Below are positions 29,945 through 39,161 of a stretch of 56,279 bases of DNA, piece by piece (within the stretch, counting starts at the first letter, position 1; the number at the start of each line of letters is the position of its first letter). This stretch comes from Gemmatimonadota bacterium (GTDB lineage Bacteria; Gemmatimonadota; Gemmatimonadetes; Gemmatimonadales; GWC2-71-9): the NCBI GenBank assembly GCA_024641735.1, contig JAHECN010000003.1, forward strand, positions 1 through 56,279. The letters run 5' to 3'. The notes below the pieces were generated by a model, which saw only the letters and a list, made by a program, of their open reading frames with translations, did no database searches and had not been told where the DNA came from. The translations under genes were made by a program, and so were the position numbers.

Positions 29945-30778
29945 TCAATTGAATACTCGAACAAATGCGCCAGGGACGGCTGCCCGGAAGATCGTGCTGT
30001 GCTCCAAATCCGGCCTCGGCTCGAAATACCAGCGCATCCCCTCCGGAGCGTGCGTCTTGAGAATTTCGGCGAGTCGGGCTGTGCCGGGAACGATATCGGT
30101 TTCGTTGGCCGAGGTAAGGTAGAGGGATCGCGGGAAATCGGCCGGGGTGGCGAGGCGTTCCGCCGCGATCCGCACCACCGCCTCGTTGTTCCACCAGACA
30201 CTCGGGCTCAGCGCGATGGCATGATGGAAGAGTGTCGGCTCCAGGAGGAACGTCTCCACGATGAAGAGCCCTGCGAGTGATTCCCCCACGGCGCCTGTCT
30301 CTTCGGTCGTCCGGTAGCGCTCCCGAATCTCCGGCATCAATTCGTCTCGGATGAAATTGCGGAACGCCGCCGACCCGCCGACGTGCTCGGCAACCGCACT
30401 GTCACTCCCGACGGTCGTTGGGCCGGTCAGGTCACGCCGCCGCTCGGTATTCTCGATTCCGACGACCAGCATCGGCGGGACCAAGTCAAGTCGCATCAGG
30501 GAGTCGATCGTATTGACGATGTGTGGAAAGTCTTCCGCAAGCCCACCATCCGGCATGTAGAGGACGGGGTAGAGCGTGAGGGGGGAGGAGGCGTAGTCGG
30601 GCGGCGCGTAGACGTTGATCGTGCGTGTTTCACCGACCGCGCGCGAGCGAATCGTGAAGCTGTCGTGCGGCGGGATCTGGTCGACGGATGTGACTGGCTT
30701 CTGCCGGGCGGAGTAGAGCACACCGCCTGCGACGAGGATGGCGACCCCGAGGGCGATGCGGCGGATCGGGCGGTGCAT
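29945..30778 (-). CDS. alpha/beta hydrolase, putative esterase (IroE-like)
   Basis: YPVLYMPDG, RRRDLT, GESLAG, SPSVWW and a C-terminal His. Confidence 0.85.
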   Translation of the reverse strand: MHRPIRRIALGVAILVAGGVLYSARQKPVTSVDQIPPHDSFTIRSRAVGETRTINVYAPPDYASSPLTLYPVLYMPDGGLAEDFPHIVNTIDSLMRLDLVPPMLVVGIENTERRRDLTGPTTVGSDSAVAEHVGGSAAFRNFIRDELMPEIRERYRTTEETGAVGESLAGLFIVETFLLEPTLFHHAIALSPSVWWNNEAVVRIAAERLATPADFPRSLYLTSANETDIVPGTARLAEILKTHAPEGMRWYFEPRPDLEHSTIFRAAVPGAFVRVFN

Positions 30779-30809
30779 GAAACCTCCGGGGGATCGCGGG
30801 AACTGCGTG

Positions 30810-31274
30810 CTATTCCGCGGAGGTCACTCCGAAGCATTCGGTAATGGCCCGGGTGCGGAAGTCAAAGATCGCGCGCAGTTGATGGCGGACGACGAGCCAG
30901 TGTGCCAGCCGACCGAGTGCACCGAACGGGAGGCGATACTGGACCGTGTCGGTCATCTCCACCCCACCCACGACACTCCGGAAGCTATGTGTGTGGTACC
31001 ACTCGGCGTAGGGACCCGCGAGCTGCTCATCCGCGAAGTGCGAATTCTCAACGTACTCCGTGATCCGCGAGCGCCAGCGCATCGGGATGCCGAGCAGCCC
31101 AATGCGATACTGAATTTCGGTGCCTTCCCGGACTTCGGTGTCGGTCGTCCCGAGAATCTTGAAGCCCAGCCATGGTGGGGTCAGCCTGGCCAGGTTCGAC
31201 GGATTCTTGAAGAAGGCGAAGACCTCCGGGAGCTCCCCGCGGAGCACCGTGGTGCGACGAAGTTCGTAGATCAT
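30810..31274 (-). CDS. SRPBCC family protein
   Basis: NLARLTPP, FADEQLAGPY.EWYHTH and IFDFR motifs; ATGA overlap with the CarH-like gene. Confidence 0.85.
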   Translation of the reverse strand: MIYELRRTTVLRGELPEVFAFFKNPSNLARLTPPWLGFKILGTTDTEVREGTEIQYRIGLLGIPMRWRSRITEYVENSHFADEQLAGPYAEWYHTHSFRSVVGGVEMTDTVQYRLPFGALGRLAHWLVVRHQLRAIFDFRTRAITECFGVTSAE

Positions 31275-32218
31275 CGACGTTCCACCTGGGCCAACACGCG
31301 TCGGAGTTCGGCCAACGAACCGCAGACGGAAATGCCCGGCCGGTGCAAGAGATCAGAGCTTTTCGGGATCCCGGCACCACCGAGGATGATGGCGAGAGAG
31401 GCCGGGAGCGCGGTGCGGAGGGAGAGCACATCCTTGGTCACGTGCCCCATATCTCCTGGTGCGACCACGCTCAGCGCGACCGCGCGCGCACCGACGCTTT
31501 GGGCCGCCTCGACCAAGTCGTGCGCAGGGACGTCTGCTCCCAGATAGGTCACGGCCCAGCCATCCAGTGCCGCGATTCCAGCGACGAGGGCCGCACCGAC
31601 GCTGTGGAGTTCGCTGGACGGGGTTGCCACGAGCACACGTGGCGCGCCGGACGACGGACGGAGGGAGCGAGCGGCGTCAAGAACCACGCCGATGACGATG
31701 GCCGAGGCGAGGTGCTCCTGCGCGATCGTCATCTTGCCGCCAACCCATTGCTCGCCGACCTGATGCATCAGGTGGGGGATGAAGTCTTCCAGGCACTCCG
31801 CCGTCCCGAGCCGGGCGAAGGCGCGGCGGAGGAGTGCTTCGAATGCGACGCCATCAAGGGCGCGTATACTCGCGAGCGCCTCCTCGGTCCAGCCGTCTGC
31901 CGCGAGCGGTAGCGGAGCGGGTGCGGGGATGGCCGCGTCGTCCTCCGCCACCAAGCGGAGCAACTCCTCCATGGAACAGCCTGCCACCAGACTGATGTTC
32001 CGGCCATGCTGGGTCGCTGCCGCGAGGAGCCGAAATCGCTCGATGTCCTCGTCGCTGTAGAGCCGCTGTCCCCCTTCGCTTCGTGAAGGCGCCACCGCGT
32101 TATAGCGCCGCTCCCAGGCTCGCAGGACGTCTCGGGAGAGACCCGTACGCTCGGCGACAATCGCGATGGGGTGCCCCGGGAGGGGGGTGGCGTGCTGGTG
32201 CCCTGAAGGGTTCGACAT
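31271..32218 (-). CDS. carH: CarH/LitR-type MerR-family regulator with a cobalamin-binding photosensor domain
   Basis: MerR HTH (LRAWERRY, RLYS), W-x9-EH (WVGGKMTIAQEH), ExHxxG (ELHSVG) and YLGADVP. Confidence 0.85.
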   Translation of the reverse strand: MSNPSGHQHATPLPGHPIAIVAERTGLSRDVLRAWERRYNAVAPSRSEGGQRLYSDEDIERFRLLAAATQHGRNISLVAGCSMEELLRLVAEDDAAIPAPAPLPLAADGWTEEALASIRALDGVAFEALLRRAFARLGTAECLEDFIPHLMHQVGEQWVGGKMTIAQEHLASAIVIGVVLDAARSLRPSSGAPRVLVATPSSELHSVGAALVAGIAALDGWAVTYLGADVPAHDLVEAAQSVGARAVALSVVAPGDMGHVTKDVLSLRTALPASLAIILGGAGIPKSSDLLHRPGISVCGSLAELRRVLAQVERR

Positions 32219-32235
32219 GAGACGAAGATAGTTGT

Positions 32236-32331
32236 CGTCCAAGTTTCGTCAAGGCAGGTACTTAGACAAAGGCTTGACAAAGGACCCATTGTGTCGTAGA
32301 ATACTCGCTCGAGCTGGACAAACTCTAGACA
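32236..32331. promoter_or_regulatory. putative CarH operator: TnnAC(A/G) repeats at 11-bp period
   Basis: Plus strand: TAGACA 32263 / TTGACA 32274 and TGGACA 32315 / TAGACA 32326. Minus strand: TTGACG 32252 / TGGACG 32241. Confidence 0.7.
32274..32302 (+). promoter_or_regulatory. sigma70-type promoter of the fasciclin gene
   Basis: TTGACA (32274-32279), 17-bp spacer, TAGAAT (32297-32302). Confidence 0.8.
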
Positions 32332-32351
32332 ACGAACCCACAGGTGCTCCG

Positions 32352-32870
32352 ATGATCAACGTTTCCAAGGCTCTTCTCCCCGTGGCGGCCCTCCTCATTG
32401 CCGCCGCTCCTGCCACGGCGCAGATGGCGGACCACGGCGCGGCCAAGCACACCAACACGATCGTCGACGTGGCCGTCGGCGCGGGCACGTTCAAGACCCT
32501 GGTCGCCGCCTTGCAGGCTGCTGACCTGGTGACCGCCCTGCAGGGCACGGGCCCGTTCACCGTCTTTGCGCCGTCGGATGCGGCCTTCGCCAAGTTGCCG
32601 GCTGGCACGGTCGAGGCCCTCTTGAAGGATCCGAAGGCGTTGGCCGCGATCCTGACCTACCACGTCATCCCGGGCAAGGTGATGGCGGCGGATGTCATCA
32701 AGGCGGGCACGGTCAAGCCGACCACCTTGAACGGCGCGGCGCTGGATATCCAGGTGAAGGGTGGCAAGGTGTACGTGAACGGCGCGATGGTCACCGCAGC
32801 CGATGTGGCGGCCTCCAACGGCGTGATCCACGTGATCGATGCCGTCGTCCTGCCGCCGACGAAGAAGTAA
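32352..32870 (+). CDS. secreted fasciclin (FAS1) domain protein
   Basis: Signal peptide, [19 protein letters not shown] and NGVIHVID motifs. Confidence 0.95.
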   Translation: MINVSKALLPVAALLIAAAPATAQMADHGAAKHTNTIVDVAVGAGTFKTLVAALQAADLVTALQGTGPFTVFAPSDAAFAKLPAGTVEALLKDPKALAAILTYHVIPGKVMAADVIKAGTVKPTTLNGAALDIQVKGGKVYVNGAMVTAADVAASNGVIHVIDAVVLPPTKK

Positions 32871-32899
32871 GCTGGTTCAGGAGCCCCTCTGCGCCTGCC

Positions 32900-33367
32900 T
32901 CAACCGCGATTCAGTTTCCAGATCGCAAAGTTGAGGCAGGTCGCGAAGGAGACCCACGCGAGATAGGGGAGCAGCAGCATCCCCGCGCGCCGATCGATCC
33001 CCCAGAAAGCCCAGATCGTCGCCCCGATGGCGAGCCACAGGACCACGATATCCATCAAGGCGAGATCCGGGCGCTCCAACCCAAAGAAGAGCCAAGACCA
33101 CGCCGCGTTCAGCGCGAGCTGCACCAGGAAGAGCGTCAGCGCGTGCCGGACTCCGGTGGCCCCGGTGGACTTCCAGATCATCCAGGCCGACACCGCCATC
33201 ATGACGTAGAGCGCCGTCCAGACCGGCCCGAAGATCCAGTTCGGCGGGTTCCAACTCGGCTTCGTGAGACCGGCATACCACGCGCCGGGCATGAACTGCG
33301 CGCCGATTGCAGCCGCGAGAAAGGTCACGGCAAGCCACCCCACCAATCCGAGCCACGTCTTCATCAC
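32900..33367 (-). CDS. tspO: TspO/MBR family tryptophan-rich sensory protein
   Basis: WYAGLTKPSWNPPNWIFGPVWTALY, LNAAWSWLFF and PYLAWVSFA motifs. Confidence 0.95.
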   Translation of the reverse strand: MMKTWLGLVGWLAVTFLAAAIGAQFMPGAWYAGLTKPSWNPPNWIFGPVWTALYVMMAVSAWMIWKSTGATGVRHALTLFLVQLALNAAWSWLFFGLERPDLALMDIVVLWLAIGATIWAFWGIDRRAGMLLLPYLAWVSFATCLNFAIWKLNRG

Positions 33368-33921
33368 GACATTCCTCCCGGGTGCTTCGCCACCAAGAGC
33401 TCGAGCATCTTGGCCTGGGTTTCCTGCATCTCCACAATTCGTGTCAACTCTTGGGTGCGCAAGAGGTCGATCTTCTCGTGGATCTGCATGATTTCGATTT
33501 CAGCCTTCAAGTTGACCTCATAGTCATGCGTCGCCTGTTGCCGATCGGTATCCGCTTGACGACTCTGGCTCATGAGAATGATGGGAGCCTGCACCGATGC
33601 GAGGCAGGAGAGGACCAGGTTGAGGAGGATGAAGGGGTACGGGTCATAGGGGTGTTGCAGGGCATAGCTGTTGAGTCCCATCCACCCGATGAGGATGGTG
33701 AAGAAGATCCCCATGAAGGCCCAGCTCCCCCCGAAGCGCGCGACGCGATCGGCGACCCGTTGGCCGAGGGTCAACTCGGCATCGATCTCTCCCTGAATTG
33801 GGCGGCTGACGTGCATGCGCGAGATGACCGAGCGGAGGATCTCCTGCTCGCGTTCGGTGAGTTTTTCCCAAGTCCTGCGGAAGTGTTTGGTTGCAAGCGC
33901 GGCGGCTTCCTTCGAGTTCAC
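33364..33921 (-). CDS. DUF1003 domain membrane protein
   Basis: ADRVARFGGSW, DPYPFILLNL and QAPIILMSQ motifs. Confidence 0.92.
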   Translation of the reverse strand: MNSKEAAALATKHFRRTWEKLTEREQEILRSVISRMHVSRPIQGEIDAELTLGQRVADRVARFGGSWAFMGIFFTILIGWMGLNSYALQHPYDPYPFILLNLVLSCLASVQAPIILMSQSRQADTDRQQATHDYEVNLKAEIEIMQIHEKIDLLRTQELTRIVEMQETQAKMLELLVAKHPGGMS

Positions 33922-33957
33922 GGGAACTCTCCAGCAAATGGTGGTGCCGCGGCGCAG

Positions 33958-34377
33958 TCAGACGCCGGGCGGGCGGTACCCTTGGGCGAGCAGGTGTTGA
34001 ATCGGCAGGAAGAGTGGCTCCGGCAATGCGTCCCACGCGCACCAGCGCCACTCGGCACATTTGGTCGGTTCGCGGAGCTCAGGCTCACCGACGGGCGCAT
34101 CGGCCACGACAAAGAGCGTCACGTAGTGACGCTCTTCGATGGTGAAGCAATCGTTGGTGAAGGGACCGCGTTGCAGATTGTGGACTGCGAGGCCGGTTTC
34201 CTCTTCGACTTCGCGCATGGCGCAGGCTTCGGGTTCCTCGAACCATTCGAGGTGCCCGCCGGGAAATTGCCAGGTCTCGTCGCCGTGCGAGTCGGACAGC
34301 CTTCGGCCAACGAGGACTCGGCCGTCGCGGACCACAATGGCGGCAACTCCGATACGGGGACTGGGCAGCTCCATCAA
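33958..34377 (-). CDS. NUDIX hydrolase (NUDT15/MTH2-like)
   Basis: Nudix box GGHLEWFEEPEACAMREVEEETGL, EPTKCAEW and LFLP. Confidence 0.9.
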   Translation of the reverse strand: MMELPSPRIGVAAIVVRDGRVLVGRRLSDSHGDETWQFPGGHLEWFEEPEACAMREVEEETGLAVHNLQRGPFTNDCFTIEERHYVTLFVVADAPVGEPELREPTKCAEWRWCAWDALPEPLFLPIQHLLAQGYRPPGV

Positions 34378-34853
34378 CGCGCCAGCAACGCCGCCAGTCG
34401 GTCGTATGCCGCTTCCACGCCGTCCACCATCGGGGAGGCGAGTACGGCGTTGCGGACGTCTTGCGAGATGTACCGGACCGTCTGAATCAGCGTGGTGTGA
34501 CCCTCGTGCTCCACGAAGAACACCATGCCGGTGGCGTCGCCTTCAAACCACGGGTTGTCGAACACCTCCGTCTGCACAATGCGCTCCGGCACCACGACCT
34601 CGAGAAACGTCCCACCCATGCCAATCATGCCACCCTCGGGACTCCGCCACACGTGTCGGTAGCTACCGCCCTCGCGGAGGTCGATGATGGACTCGGCCAA
34701 TTCCCAGCGTGGCGGCGTCGAAAACCACTGCTTGAGAAGTTCGGGTTGCGTGAAGGCGGCAAAGAGATCGCTGCGGGACGCTTCGAAAATCCGCGTCATC
34801 ATGATCTCGCGTTCCGAAGGGGTCGTGACATTGAGGTTGGTGAGGTGGGACAT
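34374..34853 (-). CDS. SRPBCC/AHSA1 family protein
   Basis: EREIMMTRIF, AFTQPELLKQW, DLREGGSY and EVVVPERIVQTE motifs; ATG at 34853. Confidence 0.85.
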   Translation of the reverse strand: MSHLTNLNVTTPSEREIMMTRIFEASRSDLFAAFTQPELLKQWFSTPPRWELAESIIDLREGGSYRHVWRSPEGGMIGMGGTFLEVVVPERIVQTEVFDNPWFEGDATGMVFFVEHEGHTTLIQTVRYISQDVRNAVLASPMVDGVEAAYDRLAALLAR

Positions 34854-35042
34854 GGCGTGCTCCGGCAATCGGGAAGTCTGAGTCGAGAGGGTCTCGTGGT
34901 TCAGAGGAGGAGTGTGCGCCGGGCCGGGATCAACGATCACGGGCGCGGCGTGGGTGCGGGGGCACCCTTACGAAGAGTAACAGAGTGCGCGAAGGGCGAC
35001 CCAGAATGGAACACACGCGGGGCCCGCGGGGGAGCGCTCGCG

Positions 35043-35450
35043 CTACTCCATTCCGTGACGCCGAAGGTCAGTTTGGAACGGACCCTTGAACACCAGGGCA
35101 CCGTAGCCGCCAGCCAGAAGTGTCACGACGATCGCGACCGCAGTTAGTGTGGTGGATGCCTCGGGGCCACGGGCTGGCGAGAAGAGCGCTGAGGCCGCCA
35201 CAAACCAGTGCACAAAATTCGCAAAGACGATTGGGCGTCCGTAGATCCCACCAAGCAATTGCGTGCGACTGTACCAATTGAGGGCAGCAAAGCCGAGCCA
35301 CGCCGCGCCCAGCAGCTGGCCGACCCAGATGCCGGACTCGGGGAACCCTGGGATCATCTGCGGCAACACCAGGTCCGCGGCAAAGAGGAGCAGCGTGCCG
35401 GCCACCCCAAGAATGAACGCGCTCGCGCGACTCAGCAGCGCCGAGCTCAT
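35043..35450 (-). CDS. hypothetical 4-TM membrane protein
   Basis: ATG at 35450 overlaps the upstream stop; hydrophobic; GGIYGRP motif. Confidence 0.7.
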   Translation of the reverse strand: MSSALLSRASAFILGVAGTLLLFAADLVLPQMIPGFPESGIWVGQLLGAAWLGFAALNWYSRTQLLGGIYGRPIVFANFVHWFVAASALFSPARGPEASTTLTAVAIVVTLLAGGYGALVFKGPFQTDLRRHGME

Positions 35451-35716
35451 GCAGGACCTCCGGGAGCAGCGTCTCGCTTTCGATCTTGCCAGAAGAGCCA
35501 GTTGCCCAGCAGCATCACTGCGAGACCACCCCACGACAGGGTCTCCGCATATGTTGCCCCACGCTGCTCGGCCAGTTTCGAGATTCCCAAGAGGAGCACC
35601 CCAATTCCGAAAACAGCCAGGCTGCGCCAGTTCTCCTTGCCTGTCAGACGGGAATGGGCAGCCCCGGCAAGTGCGGCGATGGCGGCCGTGAAGGCGAGGG
35701 TGGTTGTGAAGGTCAT
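35447..35716 (-). CDS. hypothetical 3-TM membrane protein
   Basis: Three hydrophobic segments; coupled to the downstream gene. Confidence 0.55.
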   Translation of the reverse strand: MTFTTTLAFTAAIAALAGAAHSRLTGKENWRSLAVFGIGVLLLGISKLAEQRGATYAETLSWGGLAVMLLGNWLFWQDRKRDAAPGGPA

Positions 35717-35777
35717 GGCATGCACTCACGGACTGGGGTGGCGTCGCCCCAATGATACGTGCTGGCCTCAGCTCCCG

Positions 35778-36134
35778 TCAGGCGGTCGGTTCAATATGGT
35801 CCACAACCCAGCGCGCTTCCGTGGCGCAGAGGGTACAGGCGGCCTTCCCGGAACCATAGAGCACCATCTCTGCATCTACCCCACAGGCGGGACAGAGCGC
35901 CGTCACTGTCCGCAGGCCATCGGTCGGCAGGCCGTTGCGTGCGATGCGGGCAACCATCTCGCGCGGTGCCACAGCCCCGATCGGGCACATGTTGCCGTTG
36001 CAGTGACCGCCCAATTCGAGACAGACGACTTCTTCATCGTGCAGGATCGCCTGGCCGTCGTGGGCGAGCGCCTCCGAAATCATCACGCGAACCTGCCGAT
36101 CGCATGCTGAGCAGAAGAGTTGTGCGCTTTTCAT
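35778..36134 (-). CDS. small 9-cysteine protein (three CxxC plus Cx6Cx4C)
   Basis: GGAGGT RBS, ATG at 36134, 29 nt downstream of apbE. Confidence 0.75.
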   Translation of the reverse strand: MKSAQLFCSACDRQVRVMISEALAHDGQAILHDEEVVCLELGGHCNGNMCPIGAVAPREMVARIARNGLPTDGLRTVTALCPACGVDAEMVLYGSGKAACTLCATEARWVVDHIEPTA

Positions 36135-36163
36135 GAGACACCTCCAATCGAGTCGAGTAACAC

Positions 36164-37159
36164 TCAGGTGAGTACGGTCACCTGAGCCGAGCGAGCCAAG
36201 TGACGGACCATCTGCTCCGCCGCGAGTTGATCCATTCCGAAGGAAGCCGTGGCCGCCGCATCCGCGTCGATACACCGATCGGTCTGCACGGTCACGCTGT
36301 GCCACGGTCCCGTCCGCGGGACCGCCGTGGCCGGATCCATCAAGTGATGGAACCGCCGCCCCTGCCAGTCAAAGAACTGGGCATAGTCGCCTGACGTGGC
36401 CACCGCCTGATCGGAGACTTCCAACGTCAGCGCGACGGTCTCTTCCGTGTGGGGGGAGCGAATGCCGACACGCCAGGGTTCGCCGTCGGGCGCATGCCCG
36501 AGGGCGTAGAGATCGCCGCCGACATTGACGATCGCGTGCGCCACCCCACGGTCGCGCAGACGCTGCACCGCAACGTCCACCCCGTATCCCTTGGCGATGC
36601 CACCGAGATCGAGTCGCACATCGCGCTCGGTGAACCGGACCATGTTGCCGCGACTGGTGGGCGCCACATCGACATGACGCCAGAAGCCGCGCCCCGCGAG
36701 TGGGCGCACTAGCGCCTCGGCCGGTGGCGCATGGTGGTGCGCGACATCCCAAAGCTCTACTACCGAACCGATCCCCGGGTCGAACCGTCCGTCGGTGGCC
36801 TCGGCCCACCGCAACGCAGTGGCGATCACGCTCGCCGTGGCCGCCGAGATCGGCACACCATCACGTGCAGCAGCTGCGTTGGCCCGGCCAATGTCGGAGG
36901 TGGTACGGAACCGGGTCATCGACCATTCGACGCGGCGCAACGCATCCATCGCGGCGTCAAGCGCATCCTGCGCAGCACGTTCATCGTGATGGACCACGGT
37001 CAGGTCCGCGATCGTCCCCATCACGGGCATGCTGCGCCGAGCAACAACCTGATGCCGACGCAACGCGAGGGGGAGCGATGCCACGACGAAGGCACCCACG
37101 CCAAGTCCCAGAAAATGTCGACGGGTGAGCCGTCCGGTGTCGCGCCTGTCATTGGTCAT
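36164..37159 (-). CDS. apbE: FAD:protein FMN transferase, Tat-exported
   Basis: TRRHFLG Tat motif, MGT, DLGGIAKGYGVD, GGDL, ATSGDY, HHLMDP and ADAAATA motifs. Confidence 0.93.
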   Translation of the reverse strand: MTNDRRDTGRLTRRHFLGLGVGAFVVASLPLALRRHQVVARRSMPVMGTIADLTVVHHDERAAQDALDAAMDALRRVEWSMTRFRTTSDIGRANAAAARDGVPISAATASVIATALRWAEATDGRFDPGIGSVVELWDVAHHHAPPAEALVRPLAGRGFWRHVDVAPTSRGNMVRFTERDVRLDLGGIAKGYGVDVAVQRLRDRGVAHAIVNVGGDLYALGHAPDGEPWRVGIRSPHTEETVALTLEVSDQAVATSGDYAQFFDWQGRRFHHLMDPATAVPRTGPWHSVTVQTDRCIDADAAATASFGMDQLAAEQMVRHLARSAQVTVLT

Positions 37160-37295
37160 CGTGATGCTCCCCCGTGTAGTGCGAACAACTGTTGCTGCAT
37201 CCCCCGCAGTGGCCGCCGCATCCTCGTTGTCGGACCAGCCCAAAGAGCGCGAAGAGCAGCGCCGTCGTCCCGATCGCCAGAATGGTCGACATCAT
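37149..37295 (-). CDS. 48-aa membrane peptide with four Cys (NqrM-like / FeoB-associated Cys-rich type)
   Basis: MMSTILAIGTTALLFALFGLVRQRGCGGHCGGCSNSCSHYTGEHHDDQ; ATGA overlap with the rnfA stop; fills the rnfA-apbE gap exactly. Confidence 0.75.
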   Translation of the reverse strand: MMSTILAIGTTALLFALFGLVRQRGCGGHCGGCSNSCSHYTGEHHDDQ

Positions 37296-37867
37296 CCCGC
37301 TCCCAGGCCGGCGAAGCCCATGAACGCCAGGGCGAGGCACGACGCGATGATCAGCGAGAGGCCGAAGCCTTGCGCGGCAGATGGAACATCCGCCAGATCG
37401 AGCCGCTCGCGGATCGATGCCATCAAGGCGAGTGCGAGCGTCAGGCCGAGGCCGGCGCCCACAGCAAACGCGAGACCCTGCCACAAGTCATAGCCACGAT
37501 TGGTCTGGAAAATGGCCAGCCCGAAGATCGCGCAGTTGGTGGTGATCAATGGCAGGTAGATGCCCAATGCCCGGAAGAGCGTCGGACTGAGCTTCTTGAT
37601 GGCCATTTCTACGATCTGGACCAGCGACGCGATCACGATGATGAACGAGATGATCCGCAAGTACGGTGCGTTGGCGAGAATGAACCGATTGAGGAACCAG
37701 ACCGATGTCGAGGTGATGACCATCACGAAGACATTCGCCGTACCGAGTCGGAGCGCAGTCTCCGTCTTGCTCGTGACCCCGAAGAAGGGGCAGAGCCCAA
37801 GGAATAGCGTCAACGTGAAGTTGTTGATCAGCAGCGCGGAGAGGAGAATCCAAGTCAGATCGCTCAC
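37292..37867 (-). CDS. rnfA: Rnf complex subunit A
   Basis: FLGLCPF and LGIYLPLITTNCA motifs; GTG at 37867. Confidence 0.95.
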   Translation of the reverse strand: MSDLTWILLSALLINNFTLTLFLGLCPFFGVTSKTETALRLGTANVFVMVITSTSVWFLNRFILANAPYLRIISFIIVIASLVQIVEMAIKKLSPTLFRALGIYLPLITTNCAIFGLAIFQTNRGYDLWQGLAFAVGAGLGLTLALALMASIRERLDLADVPSAAQGFGLSLIIASCLALAFMGFAGLGAG

Positions 37868-38499
37868 GCGGCACCTTCCCCGTTCGCTCGGCCCGTGGAG
37901 CGCTTGGCATGCCATCCGAGCACCAGCATCACCACGCCGAGCGTCAGAAAGCCCCCCGGCGGGAGCACCATGATCACCCACGGTTCGAATCGCGGCCCGA
38001 GAAGATCGATCCCGAGGAGGGCGCCCGTCCCGAGCAGTTCCCGCACGGCACTCAAGAGCACCAAGACCAGCGTGAATCCCGCGGCCGTCCCGAGCGCGTC
38101 CAACAGCGAACGCTTCACCGATTGGCGTGACGCGAACGCCTCAGCGCGGCCAAGAATGATGCAGTTCACCACGATGAGGGCCACAAACGGGCCAAGCTGC
38201 TTGTGGACGACCGGCACCGCGGCTTCCAGCAGCATGTCGGCGATCGTGACGAAGGTGGCAATGATCAGCACGTAGGAGGTGATCCGCACCTCGTGCGGAA
38301 TCCATTTCTTGAGGGAGGAGACCAGCAGGTTGGATCCCAGCAACACAAAGGCCGTGGCCATCGCCATGGCCAAGCCGTTCGCCACCGAATTGGTCACGGC
38401 CAATGTCGGGCAGAGCCCGAGCATCTGGACCACGACTGGATTCTCCCGCCACACACCGCGCAAGAAGTCGTCGAACGTTGCCGGCACTTGATCGCTCAC
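37864..38499 (-). CDS. rnfE: Rnf complex subunit E
   Basis: ENPVVVQMLGLCPTLAV, LIVVNCIILGRAEAFA and LPPGGF motifs; GTG at 38499. Confidence 0.95.
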   Translation of the reverse strand: MSDQVPATFDDFLRGVWRENPVVVQMLGLCPTLAVTNSVANGLAMAMATAFVLLGSNLLVSSLKKWIPHEVRITSYVLIIATFVTIADMLLEAAVPVVHKQLGPFVALIVVNCIILGRAEAFASRQSVKRSLLDALGTAAGFTLVLVLLSAVRELLGTGALLGIDLLGPRFEPWVIMVLPPGGFLTLGVVMLVLGWHAKRSTGRANGEGAA

Positions 38500-39161
38500 G
38501 GGGTCCCTCCCCGCAGGTACGCCTGCAGGAGCGGCTGCCATCGGCTCGTGGCGTTGTTGATGATGTTCACCACGGTGCGCGACGAAATGGTGGCGCCGGT
38601 GATGGTCTGCAGGTCGTTCGGTGTACTTGGGGCACTCTTCACACCGCGCAACGGAGTCGCCGGGCCGTCGAAGCGCGAGGTGAATGGCGTCTTCTCGATC
38701 TTGTCGCCGAGGCCCGGTGTTTCCTTGTGCGCGAGGACCTTCATGCCCAGCAATGTGCCGCGGGTCGGTTCGAGGCCGAAGATGAGGCTGATCACGTCGG
38801 AGAACCCTGGTTCTCCAGCGGTGACTGCGGCGCCGATCACGCTGTCCGAGGCCGTGTAGCCGAGGAAGACGCGCTCCAACTGACGCCGATCGGCTCCTGC
38901 CGACGGCGTCTTGGTGAGCACACCACCTTCCAAGTAGAGCGTGTCCCATCGTGCGGGCGCCTTCAGAACTTCGCGTACCGCACTTTCGACCAGTTCCGCG
39001 CGATGCGCCTCAATGCGTGGCAACGTCGCGCTGTACACCGTCACGATCAGTCCACCGGCGAGCGCGCCCGCAAATCCGAGCGTCGCCAACAGCCGCCAAG
39101 ACGGGACGGCGGGTGCGGGTTCCATCTCGGGAGGTGCGCCGTGCGCGTGACCTGCACTCAT
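38496..39161 (-). CDS. rnfG: Rnf complex subunit G (FMN-binding)
   Basis: N-terminal TM, HKETPGLG and the ITGATISS flavinylation motif. Confidence 0.93.
   Translation of the reverse strand: MSAGHAHGAPPEMEPAPAVPSWRLLATLGFAGALAGGLIVTVYSATLPRIEAHRAELVESAVREVLKAPARWDTLYLEGGVLTKTPSAGADRRQLERVFLGYTASDSVIGAAVTAGEPGFSDVISLIFGLEPTRGTLLGMKVLAHKETPGLGDKIEKTPFTSRFDGPATPLRGVKSAPSTPNDLQTITGATISSRTVVNIINNATSRWQPLLQAYLRGGTP

Noticed and set aside
35447-35716. MerC mercury transporter call
   Set aside because: Topology is vaguely similar, but the N-terminal Cys pair is missing and there are no mer genes nearby.
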